32,000 nt of DNA from an uncultured Syntrophomonas sp. (GCA_964510795.1 CAZEDT010000004.1:65178-97177), one strand, 5' to 3'. Shown: positions 23,951 through 32,000, counted from the stretch's first letter. Program-made: numbers and translations. The notes: generated by a model not told the origin, from the sequence alone.

Positions 23951-24309
23951 CGAATCTTTTCAAATGATCCTAGAATACCTTTAAGCAGCTGTTAGTAGAT
24001 TTTTATACTTTAAAATAAATTCTGTTAACCTTATCATTCTCCTGCATTATTTTGGAAATAACCGCCACCAATTCAAAGTAATTTCTTATGTATAATACTT
24101 ACAATACGGCTATACGTTTTCCCGACGAATACGACAATGGTTTTGTTAGCCTGATCAGTATTGACTTAAATGGTTATTCCAAAAAGCACGGCACTAAAAG
24201 ACTTTAACTCTCCCAGCTTGGTTAAACATAGCTAAAATATCACCTTTACTTATCCCTAACACAATTATGGTCTACGAACCTCTTTTTTTACATATGCAAA
24301 TTTTACGGA

Positions 24310-24341
24310 TTGACCCTGACATTAATGTCATAGTTTATAAT
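24310..24341 (+). promoter_or_regulatory. MerR-type promoter with an operator palindrome in an over-long spacer
   Basis: TTGACC (24310-24315), 20-nt spacer containing the perfect palindrome TGACATTAATGTCA (24317-24330), TATAAT (24336-24341). Confidence 0.65.
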
Positions 24342-24366
24342 TATCGTAGTGAGAGGGGGGGCTAAT

Positions 24367-24735
24367 TTGCATATTGGTGAATTGTCCAAAAAAACTAGTA
24401 TTAGCGTCAGGTCGTTACGATATTACGAGCAAAAAAACCTGCTACATTCCGAGCGTATGGCAAATGGATACAGGATATTTGATGATTCAGCAGTAAATAC
24501 GGTGCAGATCATTCAATTTTACCTAAGTCTTGGTATCACTACAGATGAGATCAGCAAAATATTAGAGTGCCCGATAACCATGGATGAACAACAGCCTTTA
24601 TGCAATAAAGCTATTGCATTATACGAAGCCAGGTTAAAAGAGGTAAACGAACAGATCAGTATATTAGAAACCCTTAAGGCTAACCTGGAAAAACGGATCT
24701 CGGCTTTTCGAAGCCATTATACGCAAACCCCGTAA
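24367..24735 (+). CDS. MerR-family transcriptional regulator
   Basis: LHIGELSKKTSISVRSLRYYEQKNLL...R..NGYR.F. C-terminal coiled coil. A TTG start at 24367 follows GAGAGGGGGG; the track GTG at 24349 is the alternative. Confidence 0.85.
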   Translation: MHIGELSKKTSISVRSLRYYEQKNLLHSERMANGYRIFDDSAVNTVQIIQFYLSLGITTDEISKILECPITMDEQQPLCNKAIALYEARLKEVNEQISILETLKANLEKRISAFRSHYTQTP

Positions 24736-24765
24736 TAAATAACACAGTATTTTGGAGGTGGAGCT

Positions 24766-24840
24766 ATGATTATAGACAGCCATGCCCATGTAATACTCCC
24801 TGCTGACAAGCAATTGGAGATGATGGATAAAGCCGGAGTT
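24766..24840 (+). pseudogene. N-terminal stub of an amidohydrolase-type gene, fused to unrelated sequence
   Basis: GGAGGTGGAG RBS. MIIDSHAHVILPADKQLEMMDKAGV is a typical amidohydrolase/TatD-like N-terminus. The remaining track ORF (to 24981) is hydrophobic and unrelated. Confidence 0.5.
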
Positions 24841-25416
24841 TTGCTATCGTGGCAGGATTCTTATCAGGCGCTATTATTGCCCCTACTGTGGGAGGACCAT
24901 TTCTTACTTGCCTTCTTTTTGTTTACCCTATTATCAATATTCCTTGGCAGTTATTTATCTGGTAATCACCAATCACATTGAATCCACTTATGTCTCCTAA
25001 TAGGCCAGCCATGTATAATAAAGCACGTAAATCATTTTCAGCAAACAATATGGGGTATATCAATACGGTGTTTATCGTTTTCATTCGATACGTATTTGGG
25101 CTTACTTTTTTGTAATACTCAGACTTTATTATCACAACGATATTCTAGGTCAGTCCCAAGCTTGTAAAAACTGTCTACATCATATCATGCTTCATTTGGG
25201 ATCTTATGGAAGTACCTTCCTGCTTTTCAGCACCCGGATCGTTATAAGCTGATGATGTGCTAGCTACTTTTTTACCTTTGTCTCCGCTTTCCTTTTCCTA
25301 TAATCAGCTTATTTTCATGAGTTGTTACAATGTTTTTTTCGGGCGGATTTTATTATTGGAAGTTCGCAATATCAGCATCTATCTCTTTGATTCTACCGGA
25401 TTCTGAAAAACTGCCA

Positions 25417-25825
25417 ATGTATATCAATCAAGCAGTGATCAAAAAGGCTACCGCAACCACGGGTAGGAAACACTATCATGAAATATCTGTGGAATTACTG
25501 AAACAATTACCTAAGCAGATTCATGATGCAATAATGGTTTTTGATTCCCTAACTCGTCCTGACAGCCTTGTGATTATGACCGAATTGATGCATAAAGATG
25601 AGAGCGTTGTAGTAACAGTTCATTTATCCGCTAGACAAGAAAACCATGTGATAAATGATATCGCTAGTGTTTATTCACGAGGAAGAGATTCTGATTTTGT
25701 AAAGTGGATTGAGAAGGGAGCATTGAGGTATATAAACAAACAGAAGGCTCTTTCGTGGTTTCGCAACGGGGGGCTACAATTGCCCGAAGTGGAAACGGAA
25801 CCTTCTTCCAAAAGAAGACTAACAG
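25417..25825 (+). pseudogene. Fragment of a phage/conjugative-element polyvalent-protein domain (MuF-C/PBECR-like)
   Basis: HYHEISVELLKQLPKQIHDAIMVFDSLTRPDSLVIMTEL....ESVVVTVHL.......VINDIASVYSR......W...GALRYINK.KA..W....GLQLP. Family recognised from memory only. The ORF then runs into IS3 sequence. Confidence 0.35.
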
Positions 25826-25941
25826 AAGATGGCTATGTCAAGTCGCTGACTAAAGATTTGGGCATTAGCTGGAGTTCTCGTAAGAATTCAGCCAGCAGTA
25901 GTGCACTGACTAGCTCCAGTACCTTACAATTGCCACAAACT

Positions 25942-26475
25942 GATTTTGACGACATGCGGCTTATTGATGAAATCTATACAGTCTGTAATTTCTATGGTTA
26001 CCGCAGGCTTACAGTGGAAATGCAGATGTAAGGATGGCAAATTTATCGCAAGCTGGTCGATGGCTCATACGGATTATATTCAAGGAATTGTCCTGATCCC
26101 AACCTAGTAAACGACTCCACGCTAAAATATATCCACCCATACCTTTTAAGGTCATAACTTGACCATCCTAATCAGATCTGGGCGGTGGAAGTGATATACA
26201 TTTGAATGCGCAAGGACTCATGTATTTATTCGTCATCACAATCTTTACAGTCGCTATGTTATGCACTGAGGATACCTTAATCGCCACTGGGTTATTACAT
26301 TGAGATCCTTAATACCAGAAATAATCAAAATTTCAAATAACGGAAAGGGGTGGGCACTAGATAATATTTATACTGAGTGATTCTTCTGGACATTGACCTT
26401 CTGTAAGAGGTCTGAACCAATTCATAATGTTTTACAATGAACAGCGGCTACATGAGTCGCTTGAAAAAAGTTAAT
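25942..26475 (+). pseudogene. IS3-family (IS150-like) transposase OrfB, heavily decayed
   Basis: MRLIDEIYTVCNFYGYRRLTVEM. Across frameshifts and stops: IHPYLL, PNQIWAVEVIYI, GKGWALDNIYTE.FFWTL, FYNEQRLHESL. These appear in the correct order for IS3 OrfB. Confidence 0.75.
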
Positions 26476-26720
26476 CTGACTTTAATTTTTAAAAGCTTAT
26501 TTTAGCTCAAAACAATAGTAATGCCAAAAAAGGAAATTCAATAATTACGTCGAAGATTTTAGTAATATCTAGGCTTGTCTCTTCTCATCAAGATAAGTAT
26601 GCTATACTTTAAGTAGATTTATACCACTTTATACCACTAAGATATTATTCTGAAAGGAGGATAACTGCTTCTCCCATCCTGGACAAGCTTTTACTTGGGA
26701 GTAAGGTCAGTTTAAATGTT

Positions 26721-26927
26721 ATGACTACTAAAACAAAAGAAGTGACCATAGATATAGACAGTATCCAAGCTGTAATTAAAAACATGGATCTTCCCTATGA
26801 TTATAAACATACAGCCTCTATATTGGAATTAGCTGCAATAAAAACACAACGACGTTTAGCCTGGAAAAGAAAAATGAGGTTAGTTCGCTTTTCCCCTTTT
26901 AATTCCAAACGTCTTAAAATCGGCTAA
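26721..26927 (+). CDS. Small protein translationally coupled to the zeta-like toxin (putative antitoxin)
   Basis: 68 aa. The stop overlaps the next start (TAATG at 26925-26929). Shares I.NM.LPYDYK.TA.IL with the orphan gene at 27684. Confidence 0.55.
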   Translation: MTTKTKEVTIDIDSIQAVIKNMDLPYDYKHTASILELAAIKTQRRLAWKRKMRLVRFSPFNSKRLKIG

Positions 26928-27514
26928 TGCCTGATAAATTTATGATTGTTGTTGCTGGCCCTAATGGGTCTGGTAAATCTAGCATATGGGGTGCTGTATC
27001 AGAAGTTTATGACATACAATACATATGTCCTGATAATTATACTCACTTGTACAGTTATATAAATTCAATTGAGGAACGCTACGTCTACGCGATGAAAGCA
27101 GCAAAACTAGACCGGTTAACTGCAGTGGAAATTGGCGATTCTTTTGCTTTTGAGACCGTTTGTTCTAATCCTGAGAAAATAAATTTTATTTCAGATGCAC
27201 GCTCCAAAGGTTATAGAATTATAGTCCTATATGTTTCGACTAGAGATCCAAATATCAATATTGCGAGAGTAAAAAAAAGAGTGTATGAAGGCGGTCATGA
27301 CGTTCCGGACGATAAAATATTTGAACGTTACCATAGAAGTATGAATCTCCTGCCAGATTTATTAAAATTGGCTGACGAGGCTCTAGTATATGATAATTCC
27401 GATGACAATAATCACCCCCAGCTTTTTCTTACAATTAAAAGAGGTTCATATTCCATTTATAATCCTGTACCAGCATGGGGTAAAGCAACTATTGAGAGCT
27501 TAACACATCTTTAA
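26927..27514 (+). CDS. Zeta-toxin-like P-loop kinase (COG4185-type)
   Basis: 195 aa. Walker A VAGPNGSGKSS, FAFETV, GYRIIVLYVST.DPNINIARVKKRVYEGGHDVPDDKIFERYHRS...L......AD.ALVYDNS. Confidence 0.75.
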   Translation: MPDKFMIVVAGPNGSGKSSIWGAVSEVYDIQYICPDNYTHLYSYINSIEERYVYAMKAAKLDRLTAVEIGDSFAFETVCSNPEKINFISDARSKGYRIIVLYVSTRDPNINIARVKKRVYEGGHDVPDDKIFERYHRSMNLLPDLLKLADEALVYDNSDDNNHPQLFLTIKRGSYSIYNPVPAWGKATIESLTHL

Positions 27515-27533
27515 CATTGAGTAATAGGAAACC

Positions 27534-27590
27534 GCCACCTGTGTACATTAAGCTATACAGGTGGCTAATTTTTGTTATTTTTTGGATACT
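27534..27590 (+). terminator. Intrinsic terminator after the zeta-like gene
   Basis: gccacctgt (27534-27542) pairs with acaggtggc (27557-27565), followed by taatttttgttatttttt. Confidence 0.75.
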
Positions 27591-27683
27591 TATCGTACTA
27601 ATTTTATTATGCTACTCGAATACTATCGTTATTTATTGGCAATCTTATTTAATATGATTATTTTATGAAAGAAGGTTGCTATT

Positions 27684-27842
27684 ATGTCCAAGAAATCTTT
27701 ACCTTCATTAAAAGCTATTAGTTCTACTATTGAGAATATGAAACTGCCCTATGATTATAAAAAAACAGCCGCTATATTGGATAAGTCCTCAAAAATAACG
27801 CAGTCTCGTCTAGCCGCTATTAGAAAGTCAAAAGGAGTATAG
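27684..27842 (+). CDS. Orphan paralog of the small putative antitoxin (52 aa; not in the ORF track)
   Basis: My translation: MSKKSLPSLKAISSTIENMKLPYDYKKTAAILDKSSKITQSRLAAIRKSKGV*. GAAGG RBS about 8 nt upstream. Confidence 0.5.
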   Translation: MSKKSLPSLKAISSTIENMKLPYDYKKTAAILDKSSKITQSRLAAIRKSKGV

Positions 27843-27882
27843 ACTCATTTATGGGTCTCCCTTTATATTTTTGCATAAGTAT

Positions 27883-28677
27883 TCAGGCACCACTCCTGAG
27901 AAACTGCAATGCAAATGCATGCCGTAATACGTATGGTGTTATTTTATAATCCAACATATTTGAGTATCTTATCATTCTTAAACCCCATGCTTGTTTATTC
28001 ATAGGTTTACCATCAACTGAGCAAAATACTTTAACTGAATTATCCAGGCTGGGTGATGCGCTGACAGTAATTCTTTTATTGCTCTTGCAGTTACAGGAGA
28101 TATTGGTAATGTTCGTGAAACTCTTGTTTTTGCGTTCTCGGAATGAACATAGATTTCTAGAGAATTAATATTTATATCCGTCGCTATTAAGCCAAATGCT
28201 TTTTTTCGGTCTAATTCCGCAATCTAAAGTAAAAAATATTTAGGCATAATCTCGTAAGCCAGCAAAAGTTTTCCTGTTAGGTAAACCAATAAGTTTCTAT
28301 AGTGTTTCAATTGATATATTTACCTTCTGCTTTTCTTTTTTTAAACCCAATCAATGGATTTTGGATTAAATACCCTCTTCAACACACCATTGAAAAAATA
28401 CTTTTAAATAGGTAAGTCGTAAATTATATGTTGCTGGTTTTACAGGCTGAGACATGTATTCTAACAGATATTTCTTTAACTTAGTTTCATCTTCAAAAGT
28501 TTCAGGAAATCGCTTAAAAAAGCTGTTTACATGCCCTCTGTAATCTTTTATTGTTGTTGTACTTAACCCTTGTGCTTGTTTCCAGTAAATAAATAAGTCA
28601 ATCGCCTCTGGTAATGATGGTGAATACCTTTCCAACTTAATAACTTTCTTACTCAAAATAAAAAACCCCTCTCGCAA
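27883..28677 (-). pseudogene. Tyrosine recombinase/integrase, frameshifted and C-terminally truncated
   Basis: Intact N-terminal SAM-like domain (track ORF 28366..28677). Downstream in other frames: NPLIGFKKRKAEG, LDCGIRPKKAFGLIATDIN, IYVHSENAKTRVSRTLPISPVTA, KITPYVLRHAFALQFLRSGA followed by a stop. No catalytic Tyr region. Confidence 0.8.
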
Positions 28678-28847
28678 TTTTATTAAGCGAAATAGGGTTT
28701 AAAACCGTTGAATCCAGTCAAGTTACTTGACCTTTTTAGGTCGACTGGACTCCTATATTTTAGGCTATTTTTCGAGGTGTTTTAAGGAATATAAAACATA
28801 ATCTTTGGTTATGCCATAATCATCACTAACACCCTGTATTACTTATT

Positions 28848-28946
28848 TGGCGGAAGCGTGTGAGAATCGAACTCACCCACCACAGGATCACTGCGGCGCA
28901 TACTGGATTTGAAGTCCAGGCGACCCACCAGGACCGATCCGCTTCC
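28848..28946 (-). tRNA. selC: tRNA-Sec (anticodon UCA)
   Basis: Reverse complement: GGAAGCGGATCGGTCCTGGTGGGTCGCCTGGACTTCAAATCCAGTATGCGCCGCAGTGATCCTGTGGTGGGTGAGTTCGATTCTCACACGCTTCCGCCA. Anticodon loop CTTCAAA, 6-bp D stem, long variable arm, extended acceptor stem, encoded CCA. Closely parallels E. coli selC. Confidence 0.92.
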
Positions 28947-29030
28947 AAAACGAACAGGTCTATTGTTGCCTGCTCGCTACATGAGTATATTATCCTTTGC
29001 GAAAAAAGTCAATTTGACTCCCCGCCATCT

Positions 29031-29696
29031 TTAGACCTGATCTTCCTGTTGAATAATAACTGATTCTACTTCGTAGCCCCGGTTTTTTAGACCTTCGATT
29101 ACATCTTCACAATTCAATTCTTCGATACGCAGAACCATTTTATACATATTTTTCTTTTTATCAAAGAAAACCACGGTGTTTAAGATATTTTTACCTGTTT
29201 GGGCAACCAAACCGGTAATTTCAGCGATGGTACCGGGGCGGTCGGAGGTGTAAAAATCAATCCGGGTATGGGTTCTTTTTACTCCCAGGATATCTATGAA
29301 GGCATCGAAAATATCAGTTTCGGTTACTATTCCTACCAGCTTTTGATTTTCATCTACTACCGGCAAGCCGCTGATCTTATACTCCCGCATTAATCTGGCA
29401 GCAGTCTCTATGTAATCGTTGGGGCTAATGGTAACCAGCTTCTGTTTCTTAGGCAAAATATCTTTGATTTTCGTTTTGGCCAGCAGGTAATTAAGCTCAT
29501 GTATACTCAGGGTGGTGGCCGTAGATGGACTAGCCTGGTTTAAGTCCGTAAGGGTAACGATACCTACTACTCTGTCCTTTTCCACAACCGGTAATCTGCG
29601 GATGTTATTTTCCTTCATTAAGGAAAAAGCTTCTGTGACACTGGAATCCATTCCTACCGTCCTGGGTTTTTCCGACATGCGATTTCTTACCTTCAT
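29031..29696 (-). CDS. CBS-pair plus ACT-domain protein (AcuB-like)
   Basis: 221 aa. Two CBS repeats (RRLPVVEKDRVVGIVT.TDL; SGLPVVDENQKLVGIVTETDI) and a C-terminal ACT-like segment (DRPGTIAEITGLVA..G.NI). Confidence 0.8.
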   Translation of the reverse strand: MKVRNRMSEKPRTVGMDSSVTEAFSLMKENNIRRLPVVEKDRVVGIVTLTDLNQASPSTATTLSIHELNYLLAKTKIKDILPKKQKLVTISPNDYIETAARLMREYKISGLPVVDENQKLVGIVTETDIFDAFIDILGVKRTHTRIDFYTSDRPGTIAEITGLVAQTGKNILNTVVFFDKKKNMYKMVLRIEELNCEDVIEGLKNRGYEVESVIIQQEDQV

Positions 29697-29751
29697 TATT
29701 TAGCCCCCCTATTCTTTAATTATGGTTTAACCTTCGCAGTTGACCAAACAA

Positions 29752-29828
29752 GTGAACAGGGGGACGGTTCCCTTGTTCATCCAGTTAAAGTGTTAGGGGA
29801 TGAACAAGGGAACCGTCCCCCTGTTCAC
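29752..29828. repeat. Perfect 31-bp inverted repeat (REP-like hairpin / liv operon terminator)
   Basis: gtgaacagggggacggttcccttgttcatcc (29752-29782), 15-nt loop, ggatgaacaagggaaccgtccccctgttcac (29798-29828). Each arm is itself internally near-palindromic. Confidence 0.85.
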
Positions 29829-29849
29829 TTTTACTGCATATAATCTATA

Positions 29850-30554
29850 TTATCCTCCCAGATAGGCCTTCTTAACTTCGTCGCTCTTCATGAGCTGCTC
29901 TGCTGAGCCCTGCAGCACGATTTCCCCGGTCTCTATTACATAGGCTTTGGTGGCAATGGAAAGTGCCATATTGGCGTTCTGCTCAACCAACAGGATAGTC
30001 GTTCCTCGGGAGTTGATGTCTTTGATTATTTCAAATATTTCTTTGACCAATAATGGTGCCAGTCCCATGGAGGGTTCGTCCAGCAGCAGCAGTTCAGGTC
30101 GAGCCATGAGAGCCCGGCCAATGGCCAGCATTTGCTGTTCACCGCCGCTAAGGGTCCCGGCCATTTGTTTGCGGCGCTCCTTCAGGCGGGGAAAGCGGGT
30201 AAAGACATTTTCCATGTCGAGCTGAATCTCATTTTTATCTCTACGCAAATAGGCGCCCATCTCCAGGTTTTCCAGCACTGACATGGATTGAAAAACCCGA
30301 CGGCCCTCAGGCACCTGGGATATGCCCATGCTGACAATCTTTTCCGGGGCTACTTTACTGATATCTACGCCTTTATAGATAACCGCTCCGCTCTTGGGCC
30401 TGAGTATTCCGGATATGGTTTTAAGCGTGGTGGTCTTGCCGGCTCCGTTGGCTCCAATTAGGGTAACAATGGTTCCCTGTTCTACCTGCAGAGACATTTT
30501 CTTAAGCGCATGGATGGCACCATAAAATACGTCAATTTCTTTTACCTCTAGCAC
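29850..30554 (-). CDS. livF: Branched-chain amino acid ABC transporter, ATP-binding protein
   Basis: 234 aa. GANGAGKTTTLK, LSGGEQQMLAIGRAL, LLLLDEPS.GLAP. Confidence 0.9.
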   Translation of the reverse strand: MLEVKEIDVFYGAIHALKKMSLQVEQGTIVTLIGANGAGKTTTLKTISGILRPKSGAVIYKGVDISKVAPEKIVSMGISQVPEGRRVFQSMSVLENLEMGAYLRRDKNEIQLDMENVFTRFPRLKERRKQMAGTLSGGEQQMLAIGRALMARPELLLLDEPSMGLAPLLVKEIFEIIKDINSRGTTILLVEQNANMALSIATKAYVIETGEIVLQGSAEQLMKSDEVKKAYLGG

Positions 30555-31321
30555 TATTCTACCTCCTCTCCCAGATATGCTTCTATTACTCTTTTATTGT
30601 TCCTTATTTCTTCCGGCAGACCTTCGGCAATGACCTGGCCGTAATCTAATACATAGATTCTTTCGCAGACTCCCATTACCAGAGACATATCGTGCTCAAT
30701 CAGCAAGATGGACAGGTCAAAATCTTTTCTTATCCACTGAATTAAATTCATTAGTTCCTTGGTTTCCTGGGGATTCATTCCTGCGGCTGGCTCGTCCAGG
30801 ATTAAAATACTGGGCTTGGTTGCCAGAGCTCGGGCAATTTCTAATCTTCTTTGCTCACCATAAGGCAGGTTAGAGGCTATTTCATCTTTTTTGTTATCGA
30901 GCTTGAATATCTTTAGATACTCCAGCGCTTCTGAGGTAATTGTTGCTTCGCCCTTAAAAAACCCGGGGGTTCTGAGGATCGCGCTGAAAAGACTGTATTG
31001 CACATCTTTATGCAGCGCTATCTTAACATTATCCAGCACCGTCAAATCGTTAAACAGACGGATATTCTGAAAAGTTCTGGCAATGCCTTTTTTACATATG
31101 CCGGAGGGCGCCAGGCCGGCAATATTCTGCTCGTTGAAGTTTATCTCTCCCTGGTCGGGTTTATAAACACCGGTAATCAGATTAAATACGGTAGTCTTGC
31201 CGGCTCCATTAGGCCCTATGAGACCTACCAGTTCGCCTTTGTCTAATTGGAAATTAAAATTCAAAACGGCGCTAAGACCACCAAAGGATTTATGCAGATT
31301 ATTTATTTGCATGAGGCTCAT
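30554..31321 (-). CDS. livG: Branched-chain amino acid ABC transporter, ATP-binding protein
   Basis: 255 aa. GPNGAGKTT.FN.ITG.Y.P..G, LPYGEQRRLEIARALA, LILDEPAAGMNP, IEHDM.LVM. Confidence 0.9.
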   Translation of the reverse strand: MSLMQINNLHKSFGGLSAVLNFNFQLDKGELVGLIGPNGAGKTTVFNLITGVYKPDQGEINFNEQNIAGLAPSGICKKGIARTFQNIRLFNDLTVLDNVKIALHKDVQYSLFSAILRTPGFFKGEATITSEALEYLKIFKLDNKKDEIASNLPYGEQRRLEIARALATKPSILILDEPAAGMNPQETKELMNLIQWIRKDFDLSILLIEHDMSLVMGVCERIYVLDYGQVIAEGLPEEIRNNKRVIEAYLGEEVE

Positions 31322-32000
31322 TTTTTTTCACCCCAAATCCTGCCAAAGGTTTTTCGGCTAATTTCTTTATTCCCCATTAAGCCCTGAGGTCTGTATATCA
31401 TTATAATGATCAGTATCAGGGCATATAAAATCATGCGGATAGCTGCCCATTTCTGTAGAGCTGCGGTTAAAACGGTTATGAAAATGGCGGCGATTATGGC
31501 TCCCGTGGTACTGCCCAATCCTCCCAGAACCACCATAACCAGGATATCAAAGGATTTCATAAAGTTAAATGTCTCGGGTTTAATAATATAGAAATAGTGT
31601 GCATATATGGCTCCGGCTAAACCGGCAAACATGGCACCAATTACAAAAGCCAGAACCTTATAGCGAGTAGTATTTATCCCCATCAGCTCGGAAGCAATCT
31701 CATCTTCGCGTACTGAAATGATAGCTCTTCCGTAACTGGAATTGATCAAATTAACCATTACCAGGACGGTAATAACCGTAGCTCCAAACAGCCAGGGCCA
31801 GGTAGTCAGCTGGCTTATGCCCATAATTCCGGCTGGGCCTCCTACGAAATCTATATTCTGTAATACTACCCGGATAATTTCTCCAAATCCCAGGGTAGCA
31901 ATTGCCAGGTAATCGCCTTTTAATCTCAAGGTCGGAACACCGATTATAAATCCGGCCAGCGCCGCTGCCAGACAAGCTGCCGCTATGCCTGCGATGAAGG
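31318..32000 (-). CDS. livM: Branched-chain amino acid ABC transporter permease, N-terminus beyond the window
   Basis: LRLKGDYLAIATLGFGEIIR and multiple TM helices. The frame stays open upstream of the track TTG at 31929 to base 32000 (FIAGIAAACLAAALAGFIIGVPT). Confidence 0.88.
   Translation of the reverse strand, partial: FIAGIAAACLAAALAGFIIGVPTLRLKGDYLAIATLGFGEIIRVVLQNIDFVGGPAGIMGISQLTTWPWLFGATVITVLVMVNLINSSYGRAIISVREDEIASELMGINTTRYKVLAFVIGAMFAGLAGAIYAHYFYIIKPETFNFMKSFDILVMVVLGGLGSTTGAIIAAIFITVLTAALQKWAAIRMILYALILIIIMIYRPQGLMGNKEISRKTFGRIWGEKK

Noticed and set aside
24842-25135. Possible C-terminal fragment of an AI-2E/PerM-type permease on the plus strand, and minus ORF 24923..25135
   Set aside because: Only vague hydrophobic similarity across shifting frames, with no diagnostic motif. 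Left unassigned as decayed DNA.
20374-28847. Direct repeat of the selC 3' end (attR) marking the far island boundary
   Set aside because: Visual scanning for pieces of TGGCGGAAGCGTGTGAGAATCGAAC found none in the window. This needs a computational search, so I am not claiming a boundary from it.
28860-29063. Plus-strand ORF of 67 aa
   Set aside because: It overlaps the tRNA-Sec gene on the opposite strand. Spurious.

Overview
This 32-kb chromosomal window reads like an anaerobic Firmicute (Clostridia/Peptococcaceae-type). That placement is an inference from GGAGG-type RBSs, sigma-54 usage, a tRNA-Sec gene and gene content. The conserved blocks are as follows. (i) MBL-fold hydrolase, acyl-CoA ligase and ABM monooxygenase (1-3028). 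(ii) A nitrogen block, amtB-glnK convergent with an ANTAR-regulator-glnA operon (6986-11197); both have terminator-containing leaders. (iii) A FadD-type long-chain acyl-CoA ligase (11426-13366). (iv) A GAF/sigma-54 activator divergent from a -24/-12 promoter that drives UbiD-family decarboxylase, OFA-type MFS transporter, UbiX and an LpdD-like protein, followed by a type-1 IPP isomerase (13556-20371). (v) tRNA-Sec, a CBS/ACT protein and livFGM (28848-32000). Two visibly AT-richer, decayed accessory islands interrupt these blocks. Island A (about 3035-6765) holds a Y1 (IS200/RayT-like) transposase flanked by GGTGTAAC-iteron repeats, a MITE-like unit, an RHS toxin C-terminal fragment with a DUF3885-like putative immunity gene, IS remnants and a displaced copy of the ligase 3' end. 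Island B (about 20374-28847) abuts tRNA-Sec. It holds a decayed tyrosine integrase, a zeta-like toxin pair plus an orphan paralog of its small partner, an IS3 pseudogene, a MerR regulator and several small orphan genes. It also carries displaced copies of the idi 3' end and of the ligase 3' flank. The candidates I consider most worth follow-up are the sigma-54-controlled prFMN decarboxylase/antiporter-type module with its own IDI, the paired leader attenuators of the nitrogen genes, the iteron-flanked Y1 transposase with a C-terminal HTH, and the gene-3'-end duplication scars marking integration sites. All homology calls are from motif recognition by eye; no database search was run.
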